Shown here one piece after another: positions 1-13,687 of a stretch of DNA of 64,000 bases. The position numbers and the translations under genes are program-made. Each line of letters starts with the position of its first letter. Positions within the stretch are counted from its first letter, which is position 1. The DNA comes from Tubulanus polymorphus (lineage: Eukaryota > Animalia > Nemertea), in NCBI RefSeq assembly GCF_964204645.1, contig NC_134033.1, forward strand, positions 7,138,655 to 7,202,654. The letters are read 5' to 3'. Below the pieces are notes generated by a model that did not search any database, was not told where the DNA came from, and saw only the letters and a list, made by a program, of their open reading frames with translations.

Positions 1-64
1 CAAGAAAACATAAACCGGAAAATCAATATTGAAATCTTTATTTCTGTAATTCACGACAACATTT

Positions 65-870
65 TAGCCATGAGAGCAATATTATGTTCAACTAAGAAGT
101 ATGTGAACAATACTTCTGTACGAATCACTGACAAATCATCATCTTCTTTCTGGCTAGGACGCAAGAAGTGGGAAATTTTCCTAAACTTAGCTTTATCTTT
201 GTGGCCAGTAGTACCAAAGTGCTTTACAAGGTCACTACTCCCACCATGGGATACTGATACATCAATCCCGCAAATGTTACAATAAGCAAAATACCGAGAC
301 GATTTTGACCTTGTGATGCAAGGGAATTTCTACGTCTAGACATTTAAGAACGTTTGTTTACGTATCTCCGGTCCGGTTCCACTACGTTTCGTTTTTTTGC
401 CGAAGATCTTTCGTTACCAGCATCAGCTGCCGCCGCATGATCAGCACGCTCCTCTCCGTCATTTGAATCGGACATATTGTTCACTTTTATTGTTAAAATA
501 ACAAAGAACGAGCCGGCACACGCCGCGAACAGGAAGCCGCCATCTTTGATACCGTCAATCGACAGACGTCCTAAGTAGCGAACACAATCGTCGCAATACT
601 GCGGCGTGAAATCAAAAGTCTAAGAAACGATAGAAAATACGTAATATTTATTTACTTTAACAACATATCTTGATATATTATCGTACTAAAAGACAATTCA
701 TTGTATTATCGTATGCATTAAACGACCGGGTCGTATTAGTTTGCCGTACAGCGTATCATCGTACAGTTACTAGCTCCCGGTCGTATTGATTTGTTGTTCA
801 GCGTATCGTCGTACGTTCAACGCACCAATCGTACGAAAATACGACGATATCGTACTGGTTGGCAGCCCTG
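65..870 (-). mobile_element. 5' end of a hAT-type DNA transposon with decayed transposase N-terminus
   Basis: Terminus CAGGGCTGCCAACC at 870-857 (minus) with CGTAC/ATCGTA subterminal repeats at ~680-856. From ATG 475 the minus strand reads, across a frameshift and stops, FAYCNICGIDVSVSHGGSSDLVKHFGTTGH...VIRTEVLFTYFLVEHNI, a zinc finger plus the motif typical of hAT transposase N-termini. Truncated near 65. Confidence 0.7.
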
Positions 871-1119
871 GATAGAATATGATAGAAATGTAAAAATAAT
901 CATGATGTGAATGTTATAATGATAAGAAAACAATTTTCGTTATTGATGAGAATGTATAGAAATAATATTAATAATGATATGAATAATATTATTATGATAA
1001 GAAAATAATTTTGAACTTGAAAAAAAATTAAAAGTTTCATCGTCATGTATAGAAATAATATTAATAAAAGGATTATGTTATTGATGAACATTATTGTCTT
1101 CATTTATTTTCGATTGGAG

Positions 1120-1206
1120 CTCCAGTCGGTTTCCAGTCGGCTCCAGTCGGTTTTCAGTCGGCTCCGGTCGGTTCCAGTCGGCTCCAGTCGGTATTTAGTA
1201 GGAGCC
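1120..1206 (+). repeat. 10-11 bp tandem repeat (CTCCAGTCGG)n
   Basis: About 7 imperfect copies of ctccagtcgg/ttccagtcgg ending in gtatttagtaggagcc; probably a transposon subterminal repeat. Confidence 0.75.
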
Positions 1207-1490
1207 AAACTATCCACAGGTAAGCAAAGGTCAAGCAATTAGAAAAACAAAACTATAGGTCTAACTGCAGTTTGGGTCATCTTTCCACTGGGAGGTGCCA
1301 CTAGTGTTATTAAAGAATAGTGTTATGGTAAGGTTAGGTACATAACCATTAGGGACACTTAACTGCAGTCCTAAATCAGTCTAATCATTCGTTTGTGATC
1401 GTCCTCTAAAGCGTTCTACTGTTGTGTTAACCCAATGCTGTGATTTTTTGCATCTTTTGTAATTCACGGTGTTTCGGATGTTTTTTTTAG

Positions 1491-1912
1491 TTGGGCCGCT
1501 ATCCTTGATGGTAGATACAGTGCAGATGAAGTAACGCAACAGCTGATGACGGGGGATGGGAAAAAAGAAGAAAGAAATTATATGCACCTGTGATCTCTTG
1601 TTTATTGATGAAATATCAATGATCTCATCTCGAATATTTACGTTATTAGAGAAAACAATAAGACAAGTCCGAGGAAACAAACGCCCGTTTGGGGGTATAC
1701 AGATTATTGTTTCAGGTACTAACATGAATTTTTGGTACAAAGCATAATGAAATGGCTCATGAAATCATGAATAATATCATTTGCATTTATTTCATCCACG
1801 TAGGTGATTTCCTTCAACTACCGCCTGTTATAAATATGCTTTACGATGATCCAGGCAACATGGCATTTACATCAAAAACCTGGCAGTTAACCTTTAAACA
1901 CAGGATTGTAAT
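1491..1912 (+). pseudogene. PIF1: PIF1-family helicase fragment (two exons, 1491-1715 and 1804-~1912)
   Basis: WAAILDGRY..(frameshift)..DLLFIDEISMIS...RPFGGIQIIVSG|DFLQLPPV. A GT-AG intron at 1716-1803 splits the Gly codon in frame. Walker B DEISM and FGG..GDFxQLPPV are PIF1 signatures. Both ends are missing. Confidence 0.85.
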
Positions 1913-1923
1913 TTGGGTTTTCG

Positions 1924-2013
1924 TATCTTCCCATCGAAAATGTATGGATCTGCTTGACGTTTTCCGTTTATCTTCCCATCGAAAATGTATGGATCTGCTT
2001 GACGTTTTCCGTT
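1924..2013. repeat. 45-bp tandem duplication at the PIF1/transposase junction
   Basis: tatcttcccatcgaaaatgtatggatctgcttgacgttttccgtt occurs at 1924 and 1969. Confidence 0.95.
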
Positions 2014-3750
2014 TGATGCATTTGCCTTTTTTGATATGGTATGTTGACACAGAATTAATGTATTCTCTGATTTCTGGTAAACGGCATATGTCGGGTTAGT
2101 CTTGTTACCATTGAAGCTCCGTTGCTGGCAAAAATGATTCTCTATACTCTCGCTGTTAAGTCGTCCTGGATTTATAGGGTTGTATTGTAATCTAAAAAGT
2201 GAAGGAAAAGTAATGATTGTTTGATTTAATGAGAAAAATGTAGTTACGTAAATTGCTAAACCTATACCTGTCCTTGCATAGTGATATGAATCCCAAAATG
2301 GCTGATTTCAGATCATCTCTGCACTGGTAAGACAGATGTTTCTTCTTTTTTTCTCCGTCATTTATGTCACTCTCCAACACCGATTTTTCCCATGAAAGGA
2401 ACCAATTGTGAACCCCTTCTAGTTGCGTTAATCTCTCGTCGTTGGTGTCTTTAATGCATCTGGAATCGCGGAATATTTTCACCAGCAACGATGTCTGTCG
2501 GAGTATCTCGATGCACCCGTTCAGCTTACCGCCTTCTTCCCCGAGACTTCCCTGAAAAAATATTTTGAAAGGCAATAAGATATCAATTAAATTCGTATAT
2601 TTAGCAAATAGTAAGGCCGTTTTTTATAACTTAGAGTAATTTTTTATGTGCGTCTTGATTTTCTCTTCTTAATTTTCAATCTCGTGATTTGCAAAAAAGT
2701 TAGTTTTTTTTTCATTTCTCCCATCATTTGAATCAAGTTCATCACAATTTTTACTCCTTTTAAATTTTTTCCAGGATTCATTCCGAAGTTCTATGTGGAA
2801 AATATTCAAATGATTAAAAAAAATTTATTTTAATTTTTTTCCTGTTACCTTCCATTTTAAAACCCCTAAAAAGAGCTTTAAGTACACGTACCTGATACTC
2901 CATGAACAATTGTAGCATATCTACATCCAGTACTTGTTCGGCAAGATGATTCCGCATTTTACTGGCTCCGTTTAGATAGATATGTTCCCGTGACAGATGC
3001 CTATGGACCTGTACGGCGTTTCGACGGTCCCACTCGTAGGCGTCTTCAAACATTTTCAAACGGTTCACACAGAACGATATCACGGCATGGTTTGCACGAG
3101 ACGGTCAGTTTTCCGCTGTTAAAAGGTACAGCCCTCGCACAGTTTTTCGATCGAACGCAGACGATTGCGGACTGACCATTGCACATAACATTTTCAACAT
3201 ACATATTCCTTACGATTGAACGGTTCGGTTTTACCTTTCCAATGCACAATTTAATTTTCGTACATAGGTTCAAGATATTTGAAACAGATTTATCCATTTT
3301 GAATTTCGATGACATGTACAATTTTTTTAGATCGAGTTCACGAGTCCTGACGTATACGCGATAGACCATTTCATGAAAATCGAACACAATTTCTCGATTG
3401 ACGGGTATATCATTTACCGCCATTCCACTCGGCAAAATTACTTTAGTTGAAGTAAAAGACGTTTTCAAGAATATCGCGTTTGGAAACAAAGTCCCCAATT
3501 CGTTAAGATCCGATATAGTTTCATACATCTTCGGTCGCCAAGAGACATTCAGGTAACCGTTGCAGACTTTTCCTCCGACGTATAGTTTCTTGTGTTCCAC
3601 AAACGGATATATACATCTAATAAATTTTCCTATTTCGGCGTTGGATCGTGGAATAAAATTTCGACTGAAGCAACCCTCCGAATACGTCGCGTATATATCT
3701 GTAGAACGTAGTTCTCCACCGTTAACGACTTGGATATTAGATTCATTCCT
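2000..3750 (-). pseudogene. P-element/THAP9-type transposase gene, spliced, internally deleted
   Basis: Exons ~3748-2892, 2551-2268 and 2191-~2000, with GT-AG introns 2891-2552 and 2267-2192 in compatible phase. Motifs HLSREHIYLNGASKMRNHLAEQVL (P-element GTP-binding insertion) and GRLNSESIENHFCQQR..NG...NPT (C-terminal catalytic Glu). The N-terminal exon has a winged-helix-like segment. A junction at ~3065 removes the first part of the DDE core. Confidence 0.75.
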
Positions 3751-4074
3751 ACAACAATATAAAATGAATATGATGTGTCTGACCTGTGTGATGAAGAAAT
3801 TGCGACACGCTTTGCACGGACAAGCCTGGCTGTAGGCTTTCATTCCAGGCCTCCCCGGCCCCCCGTTTTGTCCGCGTGTGATACTGATACGATAGAGGCC
3901 TTTCAAAAATCTATTGAAAAATGATATTTTACCGCAATTGAACATATTATATGAAAGGCCTTGAGCTATGGTTATTTTATCCGAACGACGTAAAGCAAGA
4001 ATACGATAAACATAACGATAAACATAAACACAGCAGACGTGATAGCATGATTAATTTTCGCAATTGTTTCTACA

Positions 4075-5528
4075 ATTTCCCACAAATGTCCTAGTGCCTG
4101 GTCTTCTGACGACTTCTGAACAATTGGAGTAGACACTTCAATTGGACGTGCTAATGAATGTGTAATAGATTCCAAAACATCCTGACTGCTCCTCGTATCC
4201 GTTTGTGATTTGCGTTTATTTGGTCCAGCATTTTTCCGTTTAGTTTCCTGTGATGGCGTTGATGCTCGCGGTATACTAGACTCTGCATTACTAGTACATG
4301 GAGCGGGTGTACTACATCGACTAAAAGATCTTTCACTGGAGTCGTCGTTTTCAATGTCAATTTCATTGTCAGATATAGGTTCATCAAGCTGAAATATAAA
4401 GTAATTTATCAATTAAATTTTTCATTGCAGATGCCACAAACAGAAGATGAATGGAAGAAAATTCCTGATTAGTTCGATGAAAAGTGGAACTTTCCGAATA
4501 CCATTGGTGCAATTGATGGAAAGCACATTGCTGTTAATGCACCTAAAAACTCGGGATCGGTGTATTATAACTATAAAAAGATTTTAGCATTGTATTGATG
4601 GCCCTAGTCGATGCGGACTATAAATTCGTTTATGTTGATGTGGGTTGTAACGGTCGCATATCTGATGGCGGAGTGTTCAATACATGTTCACTAGCTGAAG
4701 CACTTGAACAGAGACTTCTCAATATTCCAAAGAAATCTCAATTGCCAGACAGTGAGAAAGAGCTATCGTATCATATACTTGCTGATGATGCCTTTCCTTT
4801 AAAGGACTACATAATGAAACCATATCCGTTCCGTAATATGACTATAGAGCAAAGGATATATAACTACAGGCTGTCACGAGCAAGACGTGTTGTCGAAAAC
4901 GCCTTTGGGATCTTGTGCCAGAAATTTCGTGTGTTCTTGAGCAGAATGTGCCTTCAACCTGACCGCGTTGAGACAATAGTACTCGCCGCATGTGTTCTCC
5001 ACAATTTCTTGAGAAATCTTGGGGACCCTGTCTACACGCACCAAGGACTCATAGATAGCGAAGACACGGAAAGTCGTATCTGGTCAGATGGCGAATGGAG
5101 AACTGATGACATATTGCAATCAGTTGGCTTACCACATAGTAACTTTAGTAGTGTGCAAGCAAAAGAAAAACGGCTTTCCTTAATTGAATATTTTATGAAT
5201 GAAGGTTCTGTGAGTTGGCAAGATAGCATGGTTTAAGAAATACATGTAGAACTCTATTTACTTTTCATATGACTTACGTAATGGAAACGTTTTTACTTAT
5301 AATATCGTGTGAAAATCATTTGTAATAAAATAATGGCATTTAAATTTTTTACCTCGAAATTTGACTGTGTATCTCTATGCTTCATATGAGGAGACAAGAA
5401 CGTTAATTGCTTTTCAATCCACTCTTGTCTTGGAGTTGGTGCTTTCCGTCCACTTCCAGATGCAGGGGTTTTCATAGCTCGGCCAAACTGTGTCCGCAAA
5501 GTTTTCATCCTTTTCTTCACGGAGTCGG
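4075..5528 (-). pseudogene. MADF/Myb-SANT DNA-binding partner gene of a PIF/Harbinger element (exons 5528-5353 and 4388-~4075)
   Basis: VKKRMKTLRTQFGR...SGSG...WIEKQLTFLSPH is the C-terminal half of a MADF domain. Donor GT at 5352 and acceptor AG at 4390-4389 join in phase 0 (NFE|LDE) to an acidic/Ser-rich exon. Confidence 0.7.
4431..5236 (+). pseudogene. PIF/Harbinger (HARBI1-like, DDE_Tnp_4) transposase, catalytic exon
   Basis: After acceptor ttgcag: [56 protein letters not shown]. One in-frame stop (~4470) and one frameshift (~4580). Confidence 0.92.
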
Positions 5529-5552
5529 CTGAAATTGAATTATGAGACCAGG

Positions 5553-6276
<724 letters not shown>

Positions 6277-6745
6277 CTAAAGCTTTAAGGTCGCGTAAAA
6301 CTCGATAAACACTTCAAGCGACACAGCGAACGATCTCCTTTCCCCCACTGCGAACGCTTACTCCGAATGTCAAGTGTGAGTCCAGCATACGGATAGGAGT
6401 GTGGTATATACTTGTATTCAGTAAATACCTTGTGGATTTGACAATGATCGGTATGTACTGTAGGAAATATAGAGTATTGATGGTATTGATATAGAGGGCC
6501 GCGGCCGAATAAAGTAATATATTCTTTTATTTTGATACCTCGTCGACATAACAGCTTTTCTCCGCTATATCTCTTCGGCGTGTTTAGTTAAGGCCTACGA
6601 CTCCCCGGTACACTTATGATTTATCTTAGTAAAAACACGGTAAATTTGGTAAAGAAAAATAGGTATTGCTAAATTAACTGCTTGACGCCCGCAGCCAAAT
6701 CACTGGTAGTAATAAATTAATTTGTACTCGATTTGATTCTCAGAA

Positions 6746-6950
6746 TGAGGAGAAACTCGCAGCTGATTCCCGGAACGACGATGTAGTGACACACGTCGAT
6801 TTGTCGATGTTTACGGCTCGACAGTGCTTTTAAAATCTAAAGTAGTAAATTTCCTGTGTACCAGTAATATAATTTGATGAGGAAAATGGGTTACTGTTAA
6901 AATTAGTTTTTAAAAACCGCGACAGAATGTGCAATCTTTCGGTAATAAAT
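6746..6950 (+). repeat. Fragment of the dispersed repeat also at 14741-15412 and 48318-48665
   Basis: tgaggagaaactcgcagctgat...gaggaaaatggg is near-identical to 14743-14900. Confidence 0.85.
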
Positions 6951-7107
6951 TTGTTAATTTTGTTAATATTTTGCTTGAACCAAAAATCTTCTTCATTCTG
7001 ACAAAAAATGTGTTCGAATGAAAAGCTATGTTATTGTTGAAATGAAAAAAAAATTTGGTTGAGCGAAAACAATTTTTTTCGAACGAATGTTTGAATGAAA
7101 ACAATTC

Positions 7108-7533
7108 TACGGAAGCGATAAGGAGCCTCGAGATGTCGCGTTCCAACTCGACAAGTCGTCATATTTATGTCGACATACCGCGATATATCGCGATATATCG
7201 CGTCAAGTCGACATGAATATATCGCCATATCGTGACGTTTTCACGACAAATTTCGCTTTTTCGCCCATTTTCCACGGGACAAACCGTCATTTGAAGACAT
7301 GTCTAAATGTAAGATGAGGACACCAGTAATATGACGACTGAGTTTCAAGTCGTCACGAATATGTCGACTTGTCGCGAGGAAAGTGGTTGAGAGAACGAAA
7401 TATGTCGTCAAAACGTCACGATATATCGACATATTCATGTCGACTTGACGCGATATATCGCGGTATGTCGACATAAATATGGCGACTTGTCGAGTTGGAA
7501 CGCGACATCTCGAGGTCCTTTATTGCTTCCGTA
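7108..7533. mobile_element. IS3EU-type MITE, copy 1
   Basis: Long TIRs, termini TACGGAAGC...GCTTCCGTA (TAYGG..CCRTA), 6-bp TSD CAATTC at 7102-7107 and 7534-7539. Confidence 0.85.
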
Positions 7534-8067
7534 CAATTCTGTTCGATTGAACGAAATACTTAATACTTTCGGTTCGGAGAAAAAACTTTTTTCAATATAC
7601 TTGTTCGAACGAAAAACTTAATGTTCTGACAAGAAAATTCTGTTCAAATTAAAACGATTCTGTTCAATTGAATGATTGTTGGAATGAAAAACCTTTCGTT
7701 TGGACAAAAAAAAAGTTTGTTCAACTTTGTTCTAACGATTTTTTCAAATTGGTTCAATTGTATAGAATATTATTGGTTCGAACGAAATAAATTTTGTTCC
7801 GACGAAAGAATTTTCAAACGAAAGGTCTTTTGAACGAAAAAAAAAGATATTTCTGGTGCTCCGCAGTAACTTAAAGCCAGACGTAGGTTGTTCTTGTGAC
7901 ACGATGCGATCCTCGCGTTGCATCGCAAGTTTCGATGCAAGTCGCTTGCAATACGATTGTGTGCGACTAGTTTCTGCCAGTCGCAAGAGCGCGTCGGTTG
8001 GTTGTGACAGTCGTGTCGCGTCGCAGAAAGTAGAACACGTACGACTCAATGTGACTGGCGTTGCTGA

Positions 8068-8225
8068 AAGATGAGGACGCCAGTGATATGACGACTGAGT
8101 TTCAAGTCGTCAAAACGTCCCGATATGTCGACATATTCATGTCGAATTGATGCGATATATCGACATAAATATGGCGACTTGTCGAGTTGTAACGCAACAA
8201 CTCGAGTCCCTTTATCGCTTCCGTA
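8068..8225. mobile_element. Partial copy of the same MITE (one end)
   Basis: Matches the 7313-7533 arm with deletions; ends in TTATCGCTTCCGTA. Confidence 0.75.
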
Positions 8226-8322
8226 GATCTTTCATTAAGTAGGATCACTTGAATGATCGCTTTAATATCACTTTAAAAAAAAAAGAATCTGCCAAAATGA
8301 CCTTAATATTCGACACTATATC

Positions 8323-8738
8323 TACGGAAGCGATAAGGGGCCTCGAGATGACGCGTTCCAACTCGACAAGTCGCCATATTATTGTCGACATACCGCGATA
8401 TATCGCGTCAAGTCGACATGAATATGTCGATATATCGTGACGTTTTGACGACATATTTCGTTTTCTCAACCATTTTCCTCAAGACAAGTCGACATATTCA
8501 TGACGACTTGAAACTCAGTCGTCATATTACTGGCGTCCTCATCTTACATTTAGACATGTCTTCAAATGACGGCTTGTCCCGTGGAAAATGAGCAAATAAG
8601 CGAAATTTGTCGTGAAAACGTGACGATATGTAGACATATTCATGTGAACTTGACACGATATATCGCGATATATCGACATAAATATGGCGACTTGTCGAGT
8701 TTGAACGCGACAACTCGAGGCCCTTTATCGCTTCCGTA
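8323..8738. mobile_element. IS3EU-type MITE, copy 2 (opposite orientation)
   Basis: Same TIRs; flanked by direct repeat CTATATC at 8316-8322 and 8739-8745. Confidence 0.85.
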
Positions 8739-9030
8739 CTATATCAGATTAATCGACTTCAAAATAGGCGAAAGCATGATTCTTTATTACGTTATTAATT
8801 GGCCTAATTATTCAAAAGCTAATAATGTGGGCGACAAAACCAAAAAAATTAATTGTCGCGGGCGATAAAACCAAAATAATCAATTGTCGCGGGCGATAAA
8901 ACCAAAATAATCAATTGTCGCTGGCGATAAAACCAAAATATTGAATTGTCGCGGGCGACAAAACCAAAAAAATGAATTGTCGCGGGCGACAAAACCAAAA
9001 TAATGAATTTTCGCGGGCGACAAAACCAAA

Positions 9031-10282
9031 CTAGGGGTCCAGGGACACCATGCTCACTTAAGAAGTGGTTTCAAATGCTCAACAATCTAACAATTTCAAT
9101 ACATAACGCCCTCTAGTGACCATATACAAAAACCAATGAACTTGAAACCCACCACAATCATAGAACATATGAGCAGCTATGATTTTGTAATCGATGGTGA
9201 TAACAAAATATGCCTCGTTACCAATTTAATATGGAAATACTAAGTTATTCTACTATTCAACGCCCCCTGGTGACCATATGCAAAACCCAATGACCTTAAA
9301 ACTCACCCCAATCGTAGTACATGTCATAAAATACAACTTTGCAATTGATCATAGTTACAAAATATGCCTAGGTACCAATCTAATAAGGAAATGCTAAGCC
9401 ATTCTACTATTCAACGCCCCCTGGTGACTATATGGAATAACTAATGTCCTTAAAAACTCACCACAATCATAGACGATGTAATGAACTACAACTTTGCAAT
9501 TGATCATGGTAACAAAATATGCCTTGGTACAAATATAGCAATACTAAGTTATTGTATTATTCAACGCCCCCTGATGGCCACATACAAAAACCAATGACCT
9601 TGAAACTCACCAAAATCATAGAACACGTTATGGGCTACAACTTTCCAATTGAATATAGTAACACAATATGCTTAGGTATCAATTTAATGTGGAAAAACTT
9701 TTTCCCACCTACGAATGAGTACTGATGACACCAAGATGGCCGCCAATTGCGTCATAATTGGCTGATCAAAGATACCTGTCCCAGGTATAAAACATCCCTC
9801 TCTAAAGAATACCCATCAGCAATTGCAATGAGAAATGGCAAACCAGTAGGAAGCTACGTAACCTAGAATTCTGGCCAAAATTGACATTTTTGGGCACTAA
9901 AAAGGTCATAGGACGGCCATCTTGAGTCAGATCGACCCAATTTTCTTATGCTGATGGGCCTTTGGTAGATTCAAATATAAACGAAAGATCAAGGTAATTG
10001 ATCAAAGCGTCTTCAAAATTTCCCACGAAAACTTCGAAAATGTTTAAAAAGTGCTGATTTTGGCAAACAACAATGGCTGCCAGTCGGCCATCTTGAATCT
10101 GACTGGGCCAGTTTTTGGGCTGACGATGTGTCTAGGGTAGATACATGTATAAACCAAATATCAAGACATTACCTTGAAGCGTCTTCAAAACTTCCCAAAA
10201 TAACTGGATTCCGTCTATGGACGGACGGACGGATGAAAAGTGAACGCAATAGCCCGCTGGGACTAAAGTCCCAAGTGGACTG
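9031..10282 (+). mobile_element. Helentron-associated non-autonomous element (HINE/pearl-like), family A
   Basis: About four ~153-bp internal tandem repeats, (GACG)n microsatellite at ~10219-10233, 3' hairpin GGGACTAAAGTCCC, insertion in an A-run with no TSD. Second copy at 59007-61190. Confidence 0.75.
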
Positions 10283-11069
10283 AAAAATAATTGTCGCGGG
10301 CGACAAAACCAAAATATTGAATTGTCGCGGGCGTCAAAACCAAACTAATGAATTGTCGCGGGCGATAAAACCAAACTAATGAATTGTCGCGGGATAAAAC
10401 AAAAATATTGAATTGTTGCGGGCAATAAAACCAAAATAATGAATCGTCTCGGGCGACAAAAACAAAATATTGAATCGTCGCGGGCGACAAAATCAAAATA
10501 ATGAATTGTCGCGGGCGACAAAACCAAAATAATGAATTGTCGCGGGCGATAAAACGAAAATAATGAATGGTCTCGGGCGACAAAACCAAAATAATGAATT
10601 GTCGCGGGCGATAAAACCAAAATATTGAATTGACGCGGGCGACAAAACCAAAAAAAAATTGGCACAGGCGATAAAAACAAAATATAAAACCAAAATAATG
10701 AATTATCGTGGGCGATAAAACCAAAATATTGAATTGTCGCGGGCGATAAAACCAAAATAATGAATTGTCGCGGGCGATAAAACCAAAATAATGAATTATC
10801 GCGGGCGATAAAACCAAAATATTGAATTGTCGCGGGCAATTAAACCAAAATAATGAATTGTCTCGGGCGACAAAACCAAAATAATGAATTGTCGCGGGCG
10901 ATAAAACCAAAATAATGAATTGTCGCGGGCGATAAAACCAAAATATTGAATTGTCGCGGGCGATAAAACAAAATTAATGAATTATATCGCGGGCGACAAA
11001 ACCAAAATATTGAATTGTCGCGGGCGACTAAACCAAAATATTGAATTGTTGCGGGCGACAAAACCAAAC

Positions 11070-13687
11070 CAAGAGCCCCAAGGGGCACAATGGCCAGCCT
11101 GTCAGATTTGCTTTTTATAAATGATGTAATCTGTGGGTTATATTTATCAATATACACTCCCTGCTCAATGTCATTTACATAGTACAATCGTGTGTTAACA
11201 CAGACAGCAGGAGCGAATGTAATATAGAAATGCTAAGTTATTGTATTGTTCAACGCCCCTGGTGGCCATATACAAAAACCAATGAGCTTGAAACTCACCA
11301 AGATCATAGACCATGTCATGAGCTACAACTTTCCAATTGATTATGGTAGCAAAATATGCATAGGTACGAATGTAATATAGAAATACTAAGTTATTGTATT
11401 GTTCAACGCCCCCTGGTGGCCATAAACAAAAACCACTGAGCTTGAAACTCACCTCAATCATAGAACATGTCATGAGCTACAACTTTCCAATTAATTATGG
11501 TAGCAAAATATGCTTAAGTATCAAAATGATGTGGCTAAACTTTTTTTCCACCTACGAATGAGTACTGATGACCCCAAGATGGCCGCCAATTGCGTCATAA
11601 TTGCCTGGTCAAAAATACCCTCTCGGATATAAAAGATCCTTTTCCAAAGAATACCCATTACAAATTGCAATGAAAAATGGCACACCATTAGAAAGCTACA
11701 GGACTCAGAATTCAGGCCAAAATTAACATTTTTGGGAACAAAAAAGGTCACAGGACGGCCATCTTGAGTCCGATCGACCCAATTTTTCTCATGCCGATGG
11801 CCGCCAATTGCGTCATAATTGCCTGGTCAAAAATACCCTCTCGGATATAAAAGATCCTTTTCCAAAGAATACCCATTACAAATTGCAATGAAAAATGGCA
11901 CACCATTAGAAAGCTACAGGACTCAGAATTCAGGCCAAAATTAACATTTTTGGGAACAAAAAAGGTCACAGGACGGCCATCTTGAGTCCGATCGACCCAA
12001 TTTTTCTCATGCCGATGGGCCCTTGGGGGATACAAATATATACGAATGATCAAGGTTATTGATAAAAGTGTCTTCAAAATTCCCCTCGAAAACTTCTAAA
12101 ATGTGTAAAAAGTGCTGATTTTGGCGAACAACAATGGCTGCCAGTCGGCCATCTTGAATCTGACAGGGCCAGTTTTTGGCCTGAAGATGTGTCTAGGGTA
12201 GATACACGTATAAACCAAATATCAAGACATTACCTTGAAGCGTCTTCAAAACTTTGGAACTCTCACGAACTATCTAGATGGTTATCTCTCGACTCAATAG
12301 CTTCAAGACCCATCTCAGAACAACTTTGTTCCATGCAGCATACCATTAACTCTCGGAAAGCGAATTGGATTTAACATTTTTTTGGCAGAATAAAATTTGA
12401 TTGAATTTGCAATTCGAGCACATGGCTAATTAGCATATCAAGTTCATACACTCGATTTGGGAAAAGCAATTTTTTGCGAACCTTGCGCAATTGTCAAGGA
12501 TGAATTTTCTGTAGAGCAAATAAAAATTCCTCCCAAACACCAAATCAACTAAAGACTAAAATAAAGAAATCGATCTTGAAATACGATTTTAAATCTTAAA
12601 ATAAAACCCGGAAGTAAAACAATAGACGATACCGCGGGTTCACGTGAGCACCTGATTTCTGTAAACGAAATGTTGGTTGTGACAAAATTGTTCAGACGGT
12701 TTTGGTGGTAATTCGAACGGAAACGTAACAACCATGGTCGACTTATTCGATGAAATCAGGCCAATGTGATATCCAAATTTTGACTTTTTTATTCTCCAGA
12801 CCTCCCTGATATAGAAATAAAAAATTTTGGTGGTACGAATGGTAATAATAGTAATAATCACAGCGCCGACGGCGACAGAGCCGTGTCAGAGATCGGCGGA
12901 GTGAAAATTGCGGAGGTGGACGAACACGAAGAAGTAGGCTATTGAGCTACTTGAATCGCGAAAACTCCTGGCGCGGTCCCGACGCTTTTCGTTGATTAAG
13001 TAGTACAAATATCAAGCAATGGGTTTTCACCACAATCTACCGCCGGTGTTTACCCGATTTCAATATCACTCCAAAAAAGAAACCTCGAAATATCGAACCG
13101 CAACACTTTCGGTAGATATCCGCAGCTGCCCAACCGGGAAACTTATTTGTTGATAGCATCGATTGGATCCATCATCTTCTCCCGTCAAGGGATTCGAACC
13201 CACTAAGCTAAAGCCGTGCCAGAATCAGGTCGGGCCAATCACAGCGCTTGTAACAAACCACATTAGGCTTCTGTGGAATTTCCCAGTAAATGGGCCAATC
13301 AGCGAACACGTAGCGAACAAGGAAGTATTGTCGCGTGTTGATACATGACGTCATGCGCAAAAGCGCCAGTAATGAAATCACGATAATTCACGTGAACAGC
13401 TGCTGATATTTTTAGATAAACCAATCACAGGGAAGACACAACTTCCTGATTGGCTGATAAAAATTGAAATTTTCCCGATTTTATTTTCGTGAAAAATGCA
13501 GAAAACATTTTTATGAAAGCCTATTTCAAAATTCTGCTCGCTACGATTCCGAGAATGGATTACGCTTAAATACGTGATTCGTTCGAATATGCCCTCACTT
13601 GGCAAGCAAAAGAGCCTTTTGTGTGGAAACCATGTCATTTAAATTCGCTCCATTTGTATAGTAATAGGCTCAGCCTACGGCTGGCCT
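11070..13687 (+). mobile_element. Helentron-like non-autonomous element, family B ends with family A internal repeats (composite)
   Basis: 5' CAAGAGCCCCAAGGGGCAC and 3' hairpin AGGCTCAGCCTACGGCTGGCCT-AAAA. Internal ~153-bp repeats and a ~218-bp duplication (11578-12015). Related copies at 46468, ~47690 and 52787. Confidence 0.7.

Noticed and set aside
13170-13215. tRNA-like B-box (GGTTCGAATCCC on minus; similar motifs at ~43425 and ~60680)
   Set aside because: No cloverleaf or A-box could be built; at most SINE debris.
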